Source: the human T2T-CHM13v2.0 reference genome, Homo sapiens. Taken from it: DNA of 64,000 bases. A program made the position numbers and the translations under genes. The notes beneath the pieces are model-generated. The model did not search any database. It was not told the DNA's origin and saw only the letters and a program-made list of their open reading frames with translations. Shown one piece after another: positions 1 to 16,114 of the stretch; position 1 is the stretch's first letter; each line of letters begins with the position of its first letter. The stretch is from the NCBI RefSeq assembly GCF_009914755.1, contig NC_060933.1; one strand, given 5' to 3'.

Positions 1-838
1 GAAAACCATAAATTCTTGGCACAAACAACTTCTTCTGCACATCCCTCCTCCTCATACATACACTAAGAGACTTGGCCAAATTCCAACACAGTGTCTATCA
101 GCTCCGAGCCACGTCCCTACGATGCCCCATACCCCTCTAAAGCACCTGCCTGGGAACATTCAATTCTGCCAAAAGAATTTACTGTTTGTCCCACCCAAAA
201 CTTGACTATAGGTCCCTGACCTCCCATTTCTAAGAGGTTTAACTTTAGAAAACCTGCAATGGCCAGGCGTGGTGGCTCACACCTGTTATCCCAGCACTTT
301 TGGAGGCCGAGGAGGGCAGATCACGAGGTCAAGAGATCGAGAACATTTTGGCCAACATGGTGAAACCCTGTCTCTACTAAAAAGAGAAAAATTAGCTGGG
401 CGTCATGGCACACACACGCAATCCCAGCTACTCAGCAAGCTGAGGCAGGAGAATCTCTTGAACCTGGGAGGCGGAGGTTGCAGTGAGCCGAGATTGTGCT
501 CAGAGTGAGATTCTGTCTGGAAAAAAAAAAAAAAAAAAAAGACAGATAACCTGCAGTTATAAACCCTTTCTCTGCCCCTTTAAATCTCCTACAACATGGA
601 AATGTCTTTCTGAAAGACTTGGGAGCCATCCCTTTGGACTATAAGGATCAAGAAGGATACAGGATTGTCTCCTGGTCTCTGTCTCTGCGTAGGAACCTAA
701 TTTTGATAAGCACTATTAGCAAACACAGATGGCCTCATCACATTGACCAACCTTTCCCCAAACATCAGTCCATGCTTTTCCTTTAGCACACTCCAACATT
801 TGCAGAGCCTCTTGCTTTTTGTTTCAGTGAAGTTGAGG
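1..838 (+). mobile_element. ERV1 (MER4-group-like) LTR fragment, interrupted by an Alu
   Basis: LTR-like sequence ending ...gctttttgtttcagtgaagttgag, which resembles the ggagttgag motif of the LTR at 16614-17369. Subfamily not resolved. Confidence 0.5.
261..540 (+). mobile_element. Alu (AluS-like) with a deletion near the 3' end
   Basis: Starts ggccaggcgtggtggctcac and ends in an A-tail. Imperfect TSD agaaaacctgcaat / agataacctgcagt. Confidence 0.95.
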
Positions 839-1516
839 CTTTCTAACATACTATAAATTGATATGTCTACTTATTGATTAGAAGACAGAAATTAATCACT
901 GGATTTCATTATCACGCTGACTTTTAGGATTAAAAGCAGCCTGTGGTTACAGATGCAACATCTTTACATTTCTAAGAAAAACAGGAGAGATTTGTCTTTG
1001 GCTCCTTTGGACCTTACTGATTAATGGAAAAGAGAGGATTGAGTAGGTTTGGATGATACAGCACAACTCAGTTTAAAGTTCCAGGCAAAGAAAGCAACGG
1101 TTATTTTTCACTCCAGAGAGTGAATCATTCTTTGGGGCCACAAAAGAGAAGATTTGAAGAATAAGCAGGGACATCTAGAAGGTGGCTGAGTGTACTCCAT
1201 CGGGTTAAATTAAGCTATTTTGTTGTTGTTCAAATAGCTTCCCCACATGGTACATTTCATATCTAAAGTGTTATTCCCTCTCCCATCATTTTATTACATA
1301 CGCAATATCTGGCTGAGAACCTCTTTCTTGCCCTCCTTCTTACTGGTTAAGAACACAGACAGTCCTCTCTTTGCACAGCAGTGCAGGGCCATACAAATCA
1401 CTATGCAAGCTGAAGATCTGTAAAGTGACCTAAACAATCCATGTGAAACATCGACTGTTCTGTGTCATTTAAAAATTTTGGCCAAAACATTAAAAATCTC
1501 TTACTGTTGGTTATAA

Positions 1517-1844
<328 letters not shown>

Positions 1845-2444
1845 AGTACTTAGTTTATACACTGTAATTTAAAACATTAAACAACAGCCAATTAAAGTGC
1901 TTTATTTATTTATAGACGTGTATCAAGCCCAGTTTGAAAAGTGCTTGCCTCCCTCTTGTCGTATAGCTTATGATAAGGAACCAGCAGTGTTTCTATGCCT
2001 TGGTGAACTGTCGTGCTGTTTTCGGAACAGCATCTAACATTGTCAACGTCATGCAATATCTACAAGAGTTCCTTTAATATGAAGTTTGTTGCTGTCTTTG
2101 CCGGCATCACTTCCTCTGGGGCTTCTTCATCCTTTTAATCACAGCTGCGTTCCTCATTTATGTCAGAACACTGCGTTGCGCCGAGTTCCTCTTGCCGCGT
2201 TTCCTGTGGTGAGCCAATTCTATGATTCCATTTACATTGTATTTGAATCCACTTCCAGGGTTATCACATTTTTTATTTCTTTGCTGCACATCAATGGTTG
2301 TTGACAAGTTTTTTCTTCTGATTATTCATATTTATAAATGTCACATGGGTTTCTCACTGGGAGACAAGGAATCAACACGATTGCAGACTTTGCTGTCTGT
2401 GTGCGAACTAGCTGATGCACATTGATCAGTCACTGGCAGGCTTT

Positions 2445-2907
2445 GAAGGAAGTGAATTGTGTTCCCCAAAAAAGATATGTTTGAAATCCTAATCCCCAAT
2501 ATCTCCAAATAATATCAGCTTATTTGGAAATAGCACATTTACAGAGGTTCTCAAGTTAAAATGAGGTCATTAGGGTGGGTCCTAATCCAATAGACTAACT
2601 GGTGTCTTATAGTGAAGGAGAATTTGGATACAGCTCCAGACACACACACACAAAAGACGATGTGAAGACACACTGAGAAAATGCAGTGACATATCTGTAG
2701 GTCAAACAACACCAAGGATGGCTGGCAAACCCAAACAGGAAGGAGAGGGGAAGAAGGATTCTCCCCTAGAGCCAGCAGAGAGCATGAACCTACCAACACA
2801 TTGCTTTTTGACTTCTAGCCTCCACAACTACGAGTCAATACATTTCTGTTGTTTTAAGCAACCCGGTTTTTTGTACTTTGTTGCAGCATCCCCACAAGAT
2901 TAATACA
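2445..2907 (+). mobile_element. MLT1 (ERVL-MaLR) solo LTR
   Basis: tgaattgtgttccccaaaaaagatatgtttgaaatcctaatcccc ... aatacatttctgttgttttaagc ... taataca; these are typical MLT1 ends. Confidence 0.85.
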
Positions 2908-5900
2908 GTCCCTGATCATGATGCTTGTCTGTTATTTACTCACACAGGCATTTGTGGAATTAAGAGCTGGGAATGAAGTTTGGATTTTATGCAGTTGCTC
3001 ACAGTTAGCATATGGTGGTAACCGAAATTGTAACCAGGTTGTTGGGAGACTAGTGCTATTTAACTAAACTATGTTAATTAAACCTGTGCATATTCAAATG
3101 TGCAAAGCCAGGACTGTTTTTACTTAGTTCAGGTATTTAGAGGGAAAGAATGTTTGCCTCTTTTCAGGGCTTTGGAGCATGCCCTGTGCCAGCAGGCCCC
3201 TTCCACAGCTACTTAACATCTCTTCTCGTCTTACTAGCCACCTCTCAACTCAGATGACCAGCAAGGCCATCTTTGACTATCAGAATGAAGTAGCCCGTCT
3301 CCACTTTTGATTACATTCATTTGCTTTATTGTCTTTACAGCATTTTTATTTACTAAAATAATAGTCTTTCATTACTTGATTCTTACCTTGATTCAGTACT
3401 TCTAAAAAATGCAGATTACAATTCAAATGAGAAACCAAGTTGACTAACGTTAAAACGTTTGATACTATTAAGTATTGTTGAGAATATAGATCTACCAGAA
3501 CCTTTAACTTCTCATGGGAGCATAAATTGGAAAACAGTTCATTTTAACGTAGTAAAACCAACAGTATACAAATCTTTTGACACAATTATTTGAATGTTGG
3601 GTTTATACCTTAGAGAAAATCTACCTTTTATGTCCAGGAGACTCATACAAGAAAAGGACATCTAGTTTTGTAATAGAAAAAAATGGATAACCCCAATCTA
3701 ATAAAATGGAATGCTCATTATAGTATTATCCTGTGATGGAATACTCTAAATCAATGCACAGAAAGTACAGACAAACATATCATAAGAATGAATTTTACAA
3801 ATTAAATATTGAACCAAAAAGCAATTTCAGAAAAATATATTCAGTGTGATTCCATTTGTTTAAACTGAAAAATATGTGAAACAATAATGCTCAATGTCCT
3901 TTACTAATGCATTTATTTTGGCAAAATTATAAAGATAAGAAATGGGACTCATTAACAGGACAGTGTTAAGGACTCTAAAAATACGGGTAGTTTTTTATTC
4001 TTAGGCAGGTAATGTGTACATCAGTGTTCATTTTATTATTTCTTACACTGTCTTCATGACTTACACATAATATTTTGCTAGTTTTAAAACATAAGATGTG
4101 ATAATAATCTAAACAGACCAAAGGAAAAAAATGAATATGTTAAAAAAAAGACAGAGAATGAGCCCTGTCTGATAGAAAGCATAACAAAGCAAGTAGAAGA
4201 ACTCTCACGAATGCTTGATCCAATAAAGCTAGGTTTGTGCTCCACAACACTTCAGCATTTTAATGTGATTTTTGATGTTTGCTTTTTGCAACGGTGATTC
4301 CCAGTTGCCTCCCTCCTATGTCTTTACAAGCTGAAATCAAGTGAAGCTACTTCTGACTTTTTCTAAAACTAAAACACAACATGAAGGTCTGCGTATTCTT
4401 TCACATGTGCACATATGTGGCACTTTTCCATGATGCAACAGCAGCGGGTCTCTAGCTAAGCTACAGCAGCAGCTCTAAGAGGCAGGGGACCCTGAAACGA
4501 GGCTGAAAAAAAGAATAGTCCATAACTGACATCAGGCAGGCTGCTGTTGTAAGCAAAGAAAGGAGGCTCACAGGGGCGTGGACTCAGGCCAGATCAGGCT
4601 ATTGTGGGAGAACACGGAGCACATGTGTCAGCTGGAAAGGGGCCGGCTCAGGAGACAAAATAGGCACGAGAGGAAACCCAAAAATTGACATACATGACTA
4701 TCCTTGTAGAAATGTATAAAGGTTTGGATTATTTTGCTTATCGAGTTATAATAAAGTTATTCTAAAAATGTTTATGTAAAGTATTATGTACATTTTTGTT
4801 ACCTTATAAAGATTATTTATATTTGAGTTGTGTGGTTTTGGAATGACAGTATTTGTAAACTTGGTTTTGACATTCTCTACGATGCTTAATGAAGAAACTG
4901 ACATTTAAAGCGATTCATTAATTCTCTTTGGTCAGTAGCTGAGCTGGGACAGAGTTCAGGTTTTCTGATTCTCAGCCTATGTTGTTTTCTCTTCATTTTA
5001 ATGTGAACCTAAATATGTATAGGATCTAGACAAATATGACATGTAGTGCCTTATTTCTTGTTTTCTCTGTAATGAATGGCAGGTGAGATAACTTTATTTA
5101 CAGAAGCCATCCAGTGGCTCAGGTTGCATCAGGTTGCCTTTGAATCATTTATTCAACGTCAGGATGGTAAAGTGAGGAGCTTCCCCAAACTGAAGCAGAG
5201 TGGCATCTGTCCCAGGTTGTAGAGTATTCCCTGCCATAAATAAAGACATGCTGGTTCTTGTTATTTATACAGGCACTGGGGTTCCCATTAGCTCTTACAT
5301 TTCATATGCTTAGAGCAAGAAGCTAGAGAGTGACTTAGGATACAGTGTAAATATATTAGTAAATTAAGACAGTTCTGCAAGATTTTTAGGACTTCTATTT
5401 TTCTTCTATTCATCATTTATGAAGTATTCTTGCTAGAAATAGTTTATGTCTCTCTATCTTGCTGAGTGATGAATACTCGGCCAGGATGCTAAAATGTGGT
5501 TTCATGAAGTATGTTGTGTTTCTGTCTGTTCTTGTTTCCTTCCTTGAAATGTGTAAAAGTGAAAAACATACTAATCATAAATCAGGTATTCATCATAAGC
5601 CTAAAAAAAGATAAAATAATCAGTAGTATCATTGACTAAAATTATTACTCACCAAAAGAAACTCACTCCAAAGTTAGCGCAATACTAACAGAGAATACAA
5701 GTTTTGCCAGGAATCACTGAGGCTTAGTACCTCACATGGGAAACATGGGAAGTAAAACCACCTGAGGAGCCACTTGATGGTGAGTCAGGCTGTTCCTCAA
5801 AGAGTAGGCTGTGACTGCCAAACTTTGTAGGTTAAGGAGTATTTATAATGATCTTTGAGGAAACTGCAACTGACAATTGAGGGAAAAAATGTTAGTTCAT

Positions 5901-5964
5901 GACTGCAAAATACATGACAGAGTCACAAAAACTATTTTACAAGTTTAAAAAAAAAACCTGATGC

Positions 5965-6410
5965 TGATGCAAGGTAGGCGAACCCCAAAGTGGTGCTTAG
6001 CCTGCAAGGGTTCTTGGCTTCACCCAGGAAAGGATTCAAGGGCGAGCCAGTGGTAAGGTGGAAGAAAACACCTTTATCAAAGCAGCACTGTTACAGCTCC
6101 TGCAGGGTCACAGCTCAGTGACTGCTCCCAGGGTTGCCCCATAGGCAGGGTGCCGAGAGTAGCAGCTGAGCCCAGTTTTGCTGTCATATGTATACCTACT
6201 TTTAATTACATGTAGATTCAGGGGTGGTTTGTGCAGAAATTGCTAGGAAAAGGGTGGTAACTTTTGGGTCATCAGGTCATTGCTGCTGAAAGTGGTGGTA
6301 ATGCCTGAGTGTTGCCATGGCAATGGTAAACTGACAGGGCACACTGGTGGGTGTGTCTTACAGAAAGCTGCTTCCACCCTGTCCTTGTTTAGCTAGCCCT
6401 CAATTTTTTG
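5965..6410 (-). mobile_element. ERV1 LTR, probably solo and antisense to the downstream provirus
   Basis: ggcgaaccccaaag...gggttcttggcttcacccaggaaaggattcaagggcgagccagtgg resembles the reverse-complemented U5 end of MER4-group LTRs. Subfamily uncertain. Confidence 0.6.
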
Positions 6411-6879
6411 TTTGTAAATGAGCAAGAGAGTCATGGCCTTGGCGTTTTATCCCAGAAGTACAGTGGACCCCAGAGCACTCTAGCCCCAAGGGCTAAACCA
6501 AATCACAGCATCCCACAGTTGTGTCCAGCCCTCCATCACTGATTGGCTGCAATCCAACAAGTGGCCCAGAGGGGAGGGTTCATTGAAAGCTCTTTGCTAA
6601 GTGACAGGTCTTTAAGAAGGAAAAGGCTCTTAAAGATTGGTATGGGATGGGGGAAGTGTTTGTGGTCACCACGGCACCCCAAGGCTGTGGCCTTCTCTGA
6701 GCACCATGAGACTCAGCCATGTCTTTCTCTCTGTTTTCCCACAAAACCAGCCAGTGCTGAAGCATATCCTCCTGGCCTACAAACAGTGGCCATGACTTCC
6801 AACTCATCCAGGCTACTTCTGATTTAGTGTTAGGCCGCCCACTTGATGTGTATGTTCCCATGCTGTGTTGACCCTATTA

Positions 6880-8812
6880 CTTAATGAAAACACACAGCAC
6901 TCGTTTGCTTCTCGACTTACTTCTCATGAAATATCACTATGCCTCCCCACCCAATCACAATCCTTTGCTGCCAAAAATCCCTTGCTACCCTGTACATTTT
7001 GTCCACTAAGGGAACCCCTCAGCACACACACACAATGGTGCTACTGAAACCAGATCACTGTCTCATTTAGGTTAGATATGTCAGAAACCCTTCTCTCCTA
7101 AGTCGACCTGATGCTCTATGTCAATCGCTCCTACTTCTGGAAGGAGGTTGGGACCTTCCAGCCTGGATATGCCATCACTCATCTACACAAAACTCTTGAA
7201 TGCCAAGCTTTGCCACACGTTAAATCAGCCAAAGTGGCTAAATTAACTGTTCTCATTCAGGCTTATATAAGGCAGAGGGAATTAAGATTAGCACCTACAG
7301 TGACAGACACTGGGTCTTTGGTGTAGTGCATGATTTTGGTATGTTTTGAAAACAGAGAGGATTCATGACAGCAACTTGTCCCCAGTCAAAAGTAAACCCC
7401 AAATAGCAGAACTTCTAGAGTCATTGCTATTGCCCCAGCTAGTTGTTACAGTTAAAGCTGAGGGATATAGTATAAAATACTCAGATGAGGCTCAGGGAAA
7501 TAAATTGGCTGATAAAGGTGCTAAGCTAGCATCCTCTTCCTTGGCCGCCTAAGAAATCCAGGAAGTCTCCAAACCTTGTGACTAGATACCTGGGCTTCAT
7601 TTCAAATACCCACAGTCCTGCTAGGATTATTTACCCTCTTTAAATAAATTGACAGAAGCAATGTCTTTACAATGCCTCTAAAGGAAATGTAAAATTCACA
7701 CAGCCCAGATAACAATTTCAGAGTCAGAAAGAATTGGATGAGAAAAAGGTGAATGTTTGATCCACTTAAGTGGACTTCAGAAATACCCAGATGGCCATTT
7801 GATAACTCCTAAGTCTGTCTCCCAAGTCATTGTGTACAATTTGCTCATCCAGATTTACCACAGAAAGGATAACATGTAGTATATATTAAACAAAACAATA
7901 TGGCTTGGACTCTTTAGATTTTATTTGGACCAAGCTGTTGCCATTTGCTGCATCTACCAACAACATAATCCTCCAAAAAGCATAAAGGTGGGGCAAAAAG
8001 GGGAAGTGGCTCCCTCTACATCCTTCCTTCACTGGAAAATAGGCTTCCTTCACTGGAAAATAGAATGGGAGGCTTTCCCTGTTGAAACTCCTCAAGGACA
8101 TCGGTTGCCAAGGTTTATTAAGAGTGAATCTTCCCCACATGGGTTATCCCCTCTACTGCCTCTAGTGACAGAGGATCACATTTCACTGGCAAAATTATTC
8201 AGGAAATAGGAAAGGTTACACACACCAGCCAAATATTCCACTGGACTTACCATCCTCAGTGATAAAGTTCTATACAAAGAGCCAACAGCATCCTCAAGCT
8301 GAACTGGCTAAACTGTCTGAAGAAAGAACTTGCCATGGCCACAGATATTACCCATCACACTGACTCTCAGATCCTTGGCCCTACCTTCACACAAACGATC
8401 CTCTTTGAATCATTACGGGATACCCATGAGAATACCCTACTAATGCAAACTAGCAGAAGATTCCAAACTAACTCAGTTCAACAACCTCAGATATTGTCAG
8501 GGATTAATTAAATACACACAGCCCCACTATACTCCACAATTGAGGCTTCTTGTATCTTTAAACTCCCTGATCAGTCCTTACTTGCTTCATAAGTAAGTGA
8601 TCTGGCATTTTGAAAAAACACCAACATCAGAAAACTAACCTTGAACCCAGAGGGAGGGGACCTTTTATTGTTTCACTCATTGCTAACACTGCTAACAAAT
8701 TACAGAGTGTTTGAACTTGGGTGCATGTCTTTTAGTTGAAAAAATACAAAATCTATTTCAATTGGAAGGCACTCTAACCAGAGACTCACGCTGAGACTCT
8801 ATGAACAACCTC
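6880..8812 (+). mobile_element. ERV1 internal region: decayed pol (RNase H and integrase)
   Basis: ORF 7111-7326 LYVNRSY...GYAIT...LPHVKSAKVAKLTVLIQA matches retroviral RNase H (DGS..GYA..SAQ.AEL.AL). 7346-7552 ends QGNKLADKGAK. Integrase remnants: C..YQQHNP (zinc-binding), HWKI..WEAFP, YHPQ (~8248) and LEPRGRGPF (~8639, GPY/F-like). Multiple stops and frameshifts. Confidence 0.85.
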
Positions 8813-8814
8813 CA

Positions 8815-10498
<1,684 letters not shown>

Positions 10499-11725
10499 TA
10501 CATCTGACGAAGGACTAGTATCCATAATCTAAAAGGAACTCCAACAAATTAGCAAGAAAAAAAACACATAATCCTACTAAAAAGTGGGCAAATGACATGA
10601 ACAGATATTTCTCAAAAGAAGATATGGAAACGGCCAACAAATATATGAACAAATGCTCAACATCACTAATCATCATGGAAATTCAAATTAAAATCACAGT
10701 GAGATACCATCTAGTCAGAATTGTCTTACCCTAGCCAAAAGGTTAAAACACAAACAAACAAACAAACAAAAACAGATGTTGGCACAGATGTGGTGAAAGA
10801 GAATGCTCATACACTGTTGGTGGGAATGTAAATTAGTACAACCTCTGTGAAAAACGATGTGGAGATTTCTCAAGGAACTAAATGTAGATCTACTATTCAA
10901 TCAGCAATCCCACTACTGGTATCTACCCAAGGAAAAGAAGTCATTATATATAAAGAACACTTGCACATGGATGTTTATCACAGCACAATTCACGATAGCA
11001 GAGATACGGAATCAAGCTGAGTGCCAATCAACGGAGGAGTGGATAAGGAAAATGTGGTACATATAAAAAATGGAATACTACAGGCCCAGCCAGGTGGCTC
11101 ACGCCTGTAATCCCAGCAGTTGGGGAGGCCGAGGCAGGTGGATCATGAGGTCAGGAGTTCAAGACCAGCCTGGCCAAGATGGTGAAACCCCATCTCTACT
11201 GAAAATACAAAAATTAGCTGGGCATGGTGGCGGGCACATGTAATCCCAGCTCCTCGGGAGGCTGAGGCAGAGAATTGCTTGAACCCGGGAGGTAGAGGTC
11301 GCAGTTAGCTGAGATCACACCACTGCACTCCAGGCTGGGCAACAGAGCGAGACTCCATCTCAACAACAACAACAAAAAGGAATACTACTTAGCCACACAC
11401 GCACACAAATGTCTTTTGCAGCAACTTGGAACTGGAGGCCATTACCATAAGTGAAGTAACTCAGGAATGGAAAAACCAAATACTGCATGTTCTTACATAT
11501 AAGTGGGAGCTAAGCTATGGGTACACAAGGTATACAGAGGGGCATAATGGACATTGGAGGCTCAGAGAGGAAGGGAGAGGGATAAAAAAAAATCACCTCT
11601 TGGGTACACTGTAAATTATTTGGTGACAGATACAGTAAAAGCCCAGACTTCTCCACTATACAATTTATTCATATAACCAAAAACTATTTGTACCCCTTAA
11701 GCTATTGAAATAATAATTTAAAAAA
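10499..11725 (+). mobile_element. L1 3' end (ORF2 C-terminus and 3' UTR), older primate/eutherian subfamily
   Basis: TCTWMFITAQFTIAEIRNQAECQSTEEWIRKMWYI and LEAITISEVTQEWK correspond to the L1 ORF2p C-terminus. A-rich end at ~11725. Confidence 0.9.
11082..11378 (+). mobile_element. Alu (AluS) inside L1
   Basis: Full dimer with a (CAA)n tail. TSD ggaatactac on both sides. Confidence 0.95.
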
Positions 11726-11729
11726 TAAT

Positions 11730-12042
11730 TAGTAGAGTTCATCTCAAACTTAATATAAGCTTTTGTTTCATAAATCCATGAGGTATTGGAGCTTCTAAAA
11801 TGACTTTACAAAACTAGCTCGCCTTAGACTACATACTGGGTTTTCAAGAAGGTGCTTGTGCACTGGTGAGTTCCCAATGCTTTTCATTCATGAATGATAA
11901 AGAGAAATGAATCAAGAAGTCGTGGCAGCACGTGCCTGAGAAGCAGCCAACATAGCTCACGCCCCTCCAGACAGGCTTAGTCTCTAAGGAGAAAATGGTT
12001 TCCCCAGCCAAATGGCTTAGGAGACTTTTTAAGGGACTTGGC
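11730..12042 (+). mobile_element. ERV env TM remnant with immunosuppressive domain
   Basis: From 11800 reads MTLQN*LALDYILGFQEGACALVSSQCFSFMN, matching the LQNR.ALD.L..GG.C(X6)CC motif of gamma-type env but with an in-frame stop. Confidence 0.85.
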
Positions 12043-15000
12043 TTTTTTTTTTTTTCTTTTAACTTTTATTGTAAGGTCAGGGGTACATGTGAAGATTTGT
12101 TACAAAGGTAAACTCATGTCATGGGGTCTTGTTGTACAGGTTATTTAATCACCCAGGAATTAAGCCCAGTACCCAACAGTTACTGTTTCCACTCCTCTCC
12201 CACCTCCCACACTGCATGCTCAAGCAGACCCCAGTGTCTGCTGTTTCCCTCTTTGTGTTAATAAGTTCTCATCATTTAGCCTTCACTTACAAGTAAGAAC
12301 ATGCAGTATTTGGTTTTCTGTTCCTGCGTTAGTTGCTGAGGATAATAGCCTCCAGCTCTAGCCATGTTCCTGCAAACGACATAATCTCATTCTTTTTTAC
12401 AGCTGCATGGTACTCCATGGTGTATATGTACCACATTTTCTTTATCCAATCTGTCATTGATGGGCATTTAGGCTGATTCCATGTCTTTGCTATTGTGAAT
12501 ATTGCTGCGATGAACATTTACATGTGCAAGTGTCTTTATGGTAGACTGGTTTATATTCCTCTGGGTATATACCCAGTACTGGGATTACTGAGTTAAATAG
12601 CAGTTCTGCTTTTAGCTCTTTGAGGAATCACCATATTGCTTTCCACAATGGTTAAACTAATTTACATCCCACCAATGTGTCTAAGTGTTCCTTTTTCTCT
12701 GCATTCTCACCAGCATCTGCTATTTTTTGACTTTTTAACAATAGCCTTTCTGACTGGTATGAGACAGTATGTCACTATGGTTTTGATGTGCATTTCTCTA
12801 ATGATTAGTGATAGATATTGAAGTTTTTTTCATATGCTTGTTGGATGCGTGTCTTCCTTTGAAAAGTTTCTGTTCATGTTCTTTGCTCACTTGTTAATGG
12901 AGTTGTTTGTTTTTCTCTTGTAAATTTGTTTAAGTTCCTTATAAATGCTGGATATTACACCTTTGTCGGATGCATAGTTTGCAAATATTTTCTCCCAATC
13001 TGTAGGTTGTCTGTTAACTCTGTCCATAGTTTCTTTTGTTGTGCAGAAGCTCTTAAGTAAATTGGATCCCCCTTGTCATTGTTTGCTTTCGTTGCAATTG
13101 CTTTTGGCGTCTTTGTCATGAAATCTTTGCCTATTCCTATGTCCAGGATTGTATTGCCTAGTTTGTCTTCATGGGTTTTCATAGTTTTGGGTTTTACACT
13201 ATGTCTTTAATCCATTTTGAGTTGATTTATGTATTTGGTGTAAGGAAGGGTGGTGTAAGGAAGAGTGGATGCTTCAGTTTTCTGCATATGGCTAGCCAGT
13301 TATCCCAGCACCATTTATCAAATAGGGAATTGTTTCCCCATTGCTTGCTTTTGTCAGCTTTGTTGAAGATCAGGTGGTCATAGGTGTGCAACCTTATTCT
13401 GGGCTCTTGATTCTGTTCTGTTGGTTTATTTGCCTGTTTTTGTACCACTACCATGTTGTTTTTGTTACTGTAGCCCTGTAACATAGTTTGAAATTGGGTA
13501 ACATAATGCCTCCAGCTTTTCTCCTCTTTACTTAGGATTGTCTTGGCTATTCAGGCCTTATTTTTTTGGTTCTATATTAATTTTAAAATAGTTTTCCTAG
13601 TTTTGTGAAGAATGTCATTGGTAGTTTGATATGAATAGTATTGAATCTGTAAATTGCTTTGGGCATTATGACCATTTTAATTATGTTGATTCTTCCTATC
13701 CATGAGCCTGTGATATTTTTTCATTTGTTTGTGTCATCTCTGATGTCTTTGAGCAGTGTTTTGTAATTCTCATTGTAGAGAATTCTACACCTCCCTGGTT
13801 AGCTGTTTATCAGCTAAAGGAGCTTTTGGGCTGAAGGTATGAGGCTTCTGGATATAACATCATGTCATCTGCAAACAGAGATAGTTTGACTTCTTCTTTT
13901 CCTATCTAGATGCTCTTTATTTCTTTCTCTTTCATGATTGCTCTGGCTAGGAATTTCACAACTATTTTGAATAGGAGTGGTGAGAGAGGGCAGACTTGTT
14001 TTGTGCCAGTTTTCAAGGGCAAAAAGCTTCCAGCTTTTGCCCATTCAAAGTGATATTGGCTGTGGATGTGTCATAGATGTCTCTTATTATTTTGAGGTAT
14101 ATTCCTTCAACACCTACTTTGTTGAGAGTTGTTAACATGAAAGGGGGTTAAATTTTATCAAGAGCTTTTTTTCTGCATTGATTGAGATAATCATGTGGTT
14201 TTTGTCTTCAGTTCTGTTTATGTGACGAAATCACATTTATTGATTTGCATATGTAGAACCAACCTTGCATCCCAGGAATGAAGCCTATTTGATCATGGTG
14301 GATTAGCTTTTTGATGTGCTGCTGGATTTGGTTTGCAAGTATTTTGCTGAGGATTTTTGCATTGATGTTCATCAAGGATATTGGCCTGAAGTTTTCTTTT
14401 TGGTTGTTGTGGCTCTGCCAGGTTTTAGTATCAGGATGATGGTGGCCTCATAGAATGTGCTAAAGAGGAGTCACTCCTTCTCAATTTTTCGGGGGGTACT
14501 TTCCCTAGGAATGGTACCAGTTCTTTGTACATCTGGTAGAATTCAGCTATGAATCCATCAGGTCCTGGGCTTTTTTTGGTTGGTAGGCTATTTGTTACTG
14601 GTTCAATTTTGGAGCTTGTTGCTGGTCTGTTCAGGCAATCAATTTCTTCCTGGCTTAGTCTTGGGTGGGTGTATGTGTCCAGGAATTTATCCATCTTTTC
14701 AAGGTTTTCTAGTTTGTGTGCATTGAGGTGTTCATAGTAGTTTTTAGTGGTTATTTGATTATTTTTATTTTTGTGCAGTCAGTGTTAACATTTTCCTTTC
14801 TGTTTTTTTTTTTTTTTTTTTTTTTTGAGACAGAGTCTTGCTTTGTCATCCAGGCTGGCGTACAGTGGCACCATCTTGGCTCACTGCAGGCTCTGCCTCC
14901 TGGGTTCAAGCAATTCTTGTGCCTCCGCCTCCTGAGTAGTTGGGACTACAGTTGTGTGCCACCATGCCCAGCTAATTTTTGTATTTTTAGTAGAGAGGGT

Positions 15001-16030
15001 TTCACCACGTTTGTCAGGCTGCTCTCAAACTCCTGGCCTCAAGTGATCTACCCGCTTCAGTCTCCCAAAGTGCTGGGATTACAGGTATGAGCCACCACAC
15101 CGGGCCTCAAAATTTTAGTAGTGTTTATTTGGACCTTCTCTCTTTTTTTCTTTATTATTCTAGGTGTTGGCCTATCTTACTAATTTTTTCAAAAAAAATC
15201 CTGGATTCAACAATCTTTTGAATTATTTTTGTGTCTTTGATTTTCTTCCATTCAGCTCCAATTTTGGTTATGTCTTGTTTTCTGCTAGCTTTGGGGTTGA
15301 TTTGTTATTGCTTCTGTAATTCTTTTAGTTGCGATATTACGTTGTTAATTTGAGATCTTTCTAACTTTTTGAGATTTTTCTAACTTTTTGATGTGGGCAG
15401 GTAGTGCTATGAATTTCCCTCTTATCATTGCCTTACCTGTGTCCCAGAGATTCTGGTATGTTGTATCTTTGTTCACATTATTTTCAAAGAACTTCTTGAT
15501 TTCTGCCTTAATTTCATTATTTACCCAAAAGTCATTCAGGAACATGTTGTTTAATTTCCATGTAATTGTATGGTTTTGAGTGATTTTCTTAGTCTCAACT
15601 TTTATTTTTACTGCACTGTTGTCCAAGAGTGTGTTTGGTAAGAATTCGGTTCTTTTACATTTGCTAAGCGTTGTTTTATGTCCAATTATGTGGCTGATTT
15701 TAGAGTATGTGCCATGTGGTGATGAGAAGAATGTATATTCTGTTGTTTTTGAGTGGAGAGTTCTGTAGAAGTCAATCAGATACATTTGATCTAATGTTGA
15801 GTTCAGGTCCTGAATATGTTTTTTAATTTTCTGCCTTGGTGATCTGTCTAATAACTGTTAGTGGAGTGTTGAAATCTCCCACTGTTATTGTGTGAGACTC
15901 CGTGTCTCTTTGTAAGTCTCTAAGAACTTGCTTTATGAATCTGGGTGCTCCTGTATTGGGTGCACATATATTTAGGATAGTTAGATCTTCTTGTTGAATT
16001 GAACTCTTTACCATTATGTAATGCTCTCCT
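12043..16030 (-). mobile_element. L1 (primate), 5'-truncated with an internal deletion; decayed ORF2
   Basis: Poly-T at 12043. Minus-strand ORF2p fragments [35 protein letters not shown], and the endonuclease motifs VGDFNTPL and HGTYSKISH. Confidence 0.95.
14803..15106 (-). mobile_element. Alu inside L1
   Basis: Poly-T followed by a full antisense dimer. Confidence 0.95.
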
Positions 16031-16114
16031 TTGTCTTTTTTGATCTTGCACTTGGCTTCTTAAAAACATCCTTAATGGCAATATTCTTTGTCTCTTAAGT
16101 ACACCACTATTCTT

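Noticed and set aside
4080-5950. Possible terminal exons of an ANKRD/CCDC144-type duplicon
   Set aside because: Only a vague resemblance from memory; no ORF or splice structure I can support.
10499-16030. Tail-to-tail L1 pair as a twin-priming inversion
   Set aside because: Both pieces have their own 3' ends, their 3' UTRs differ, and env sequence lies between them, so these are two independent insertions.
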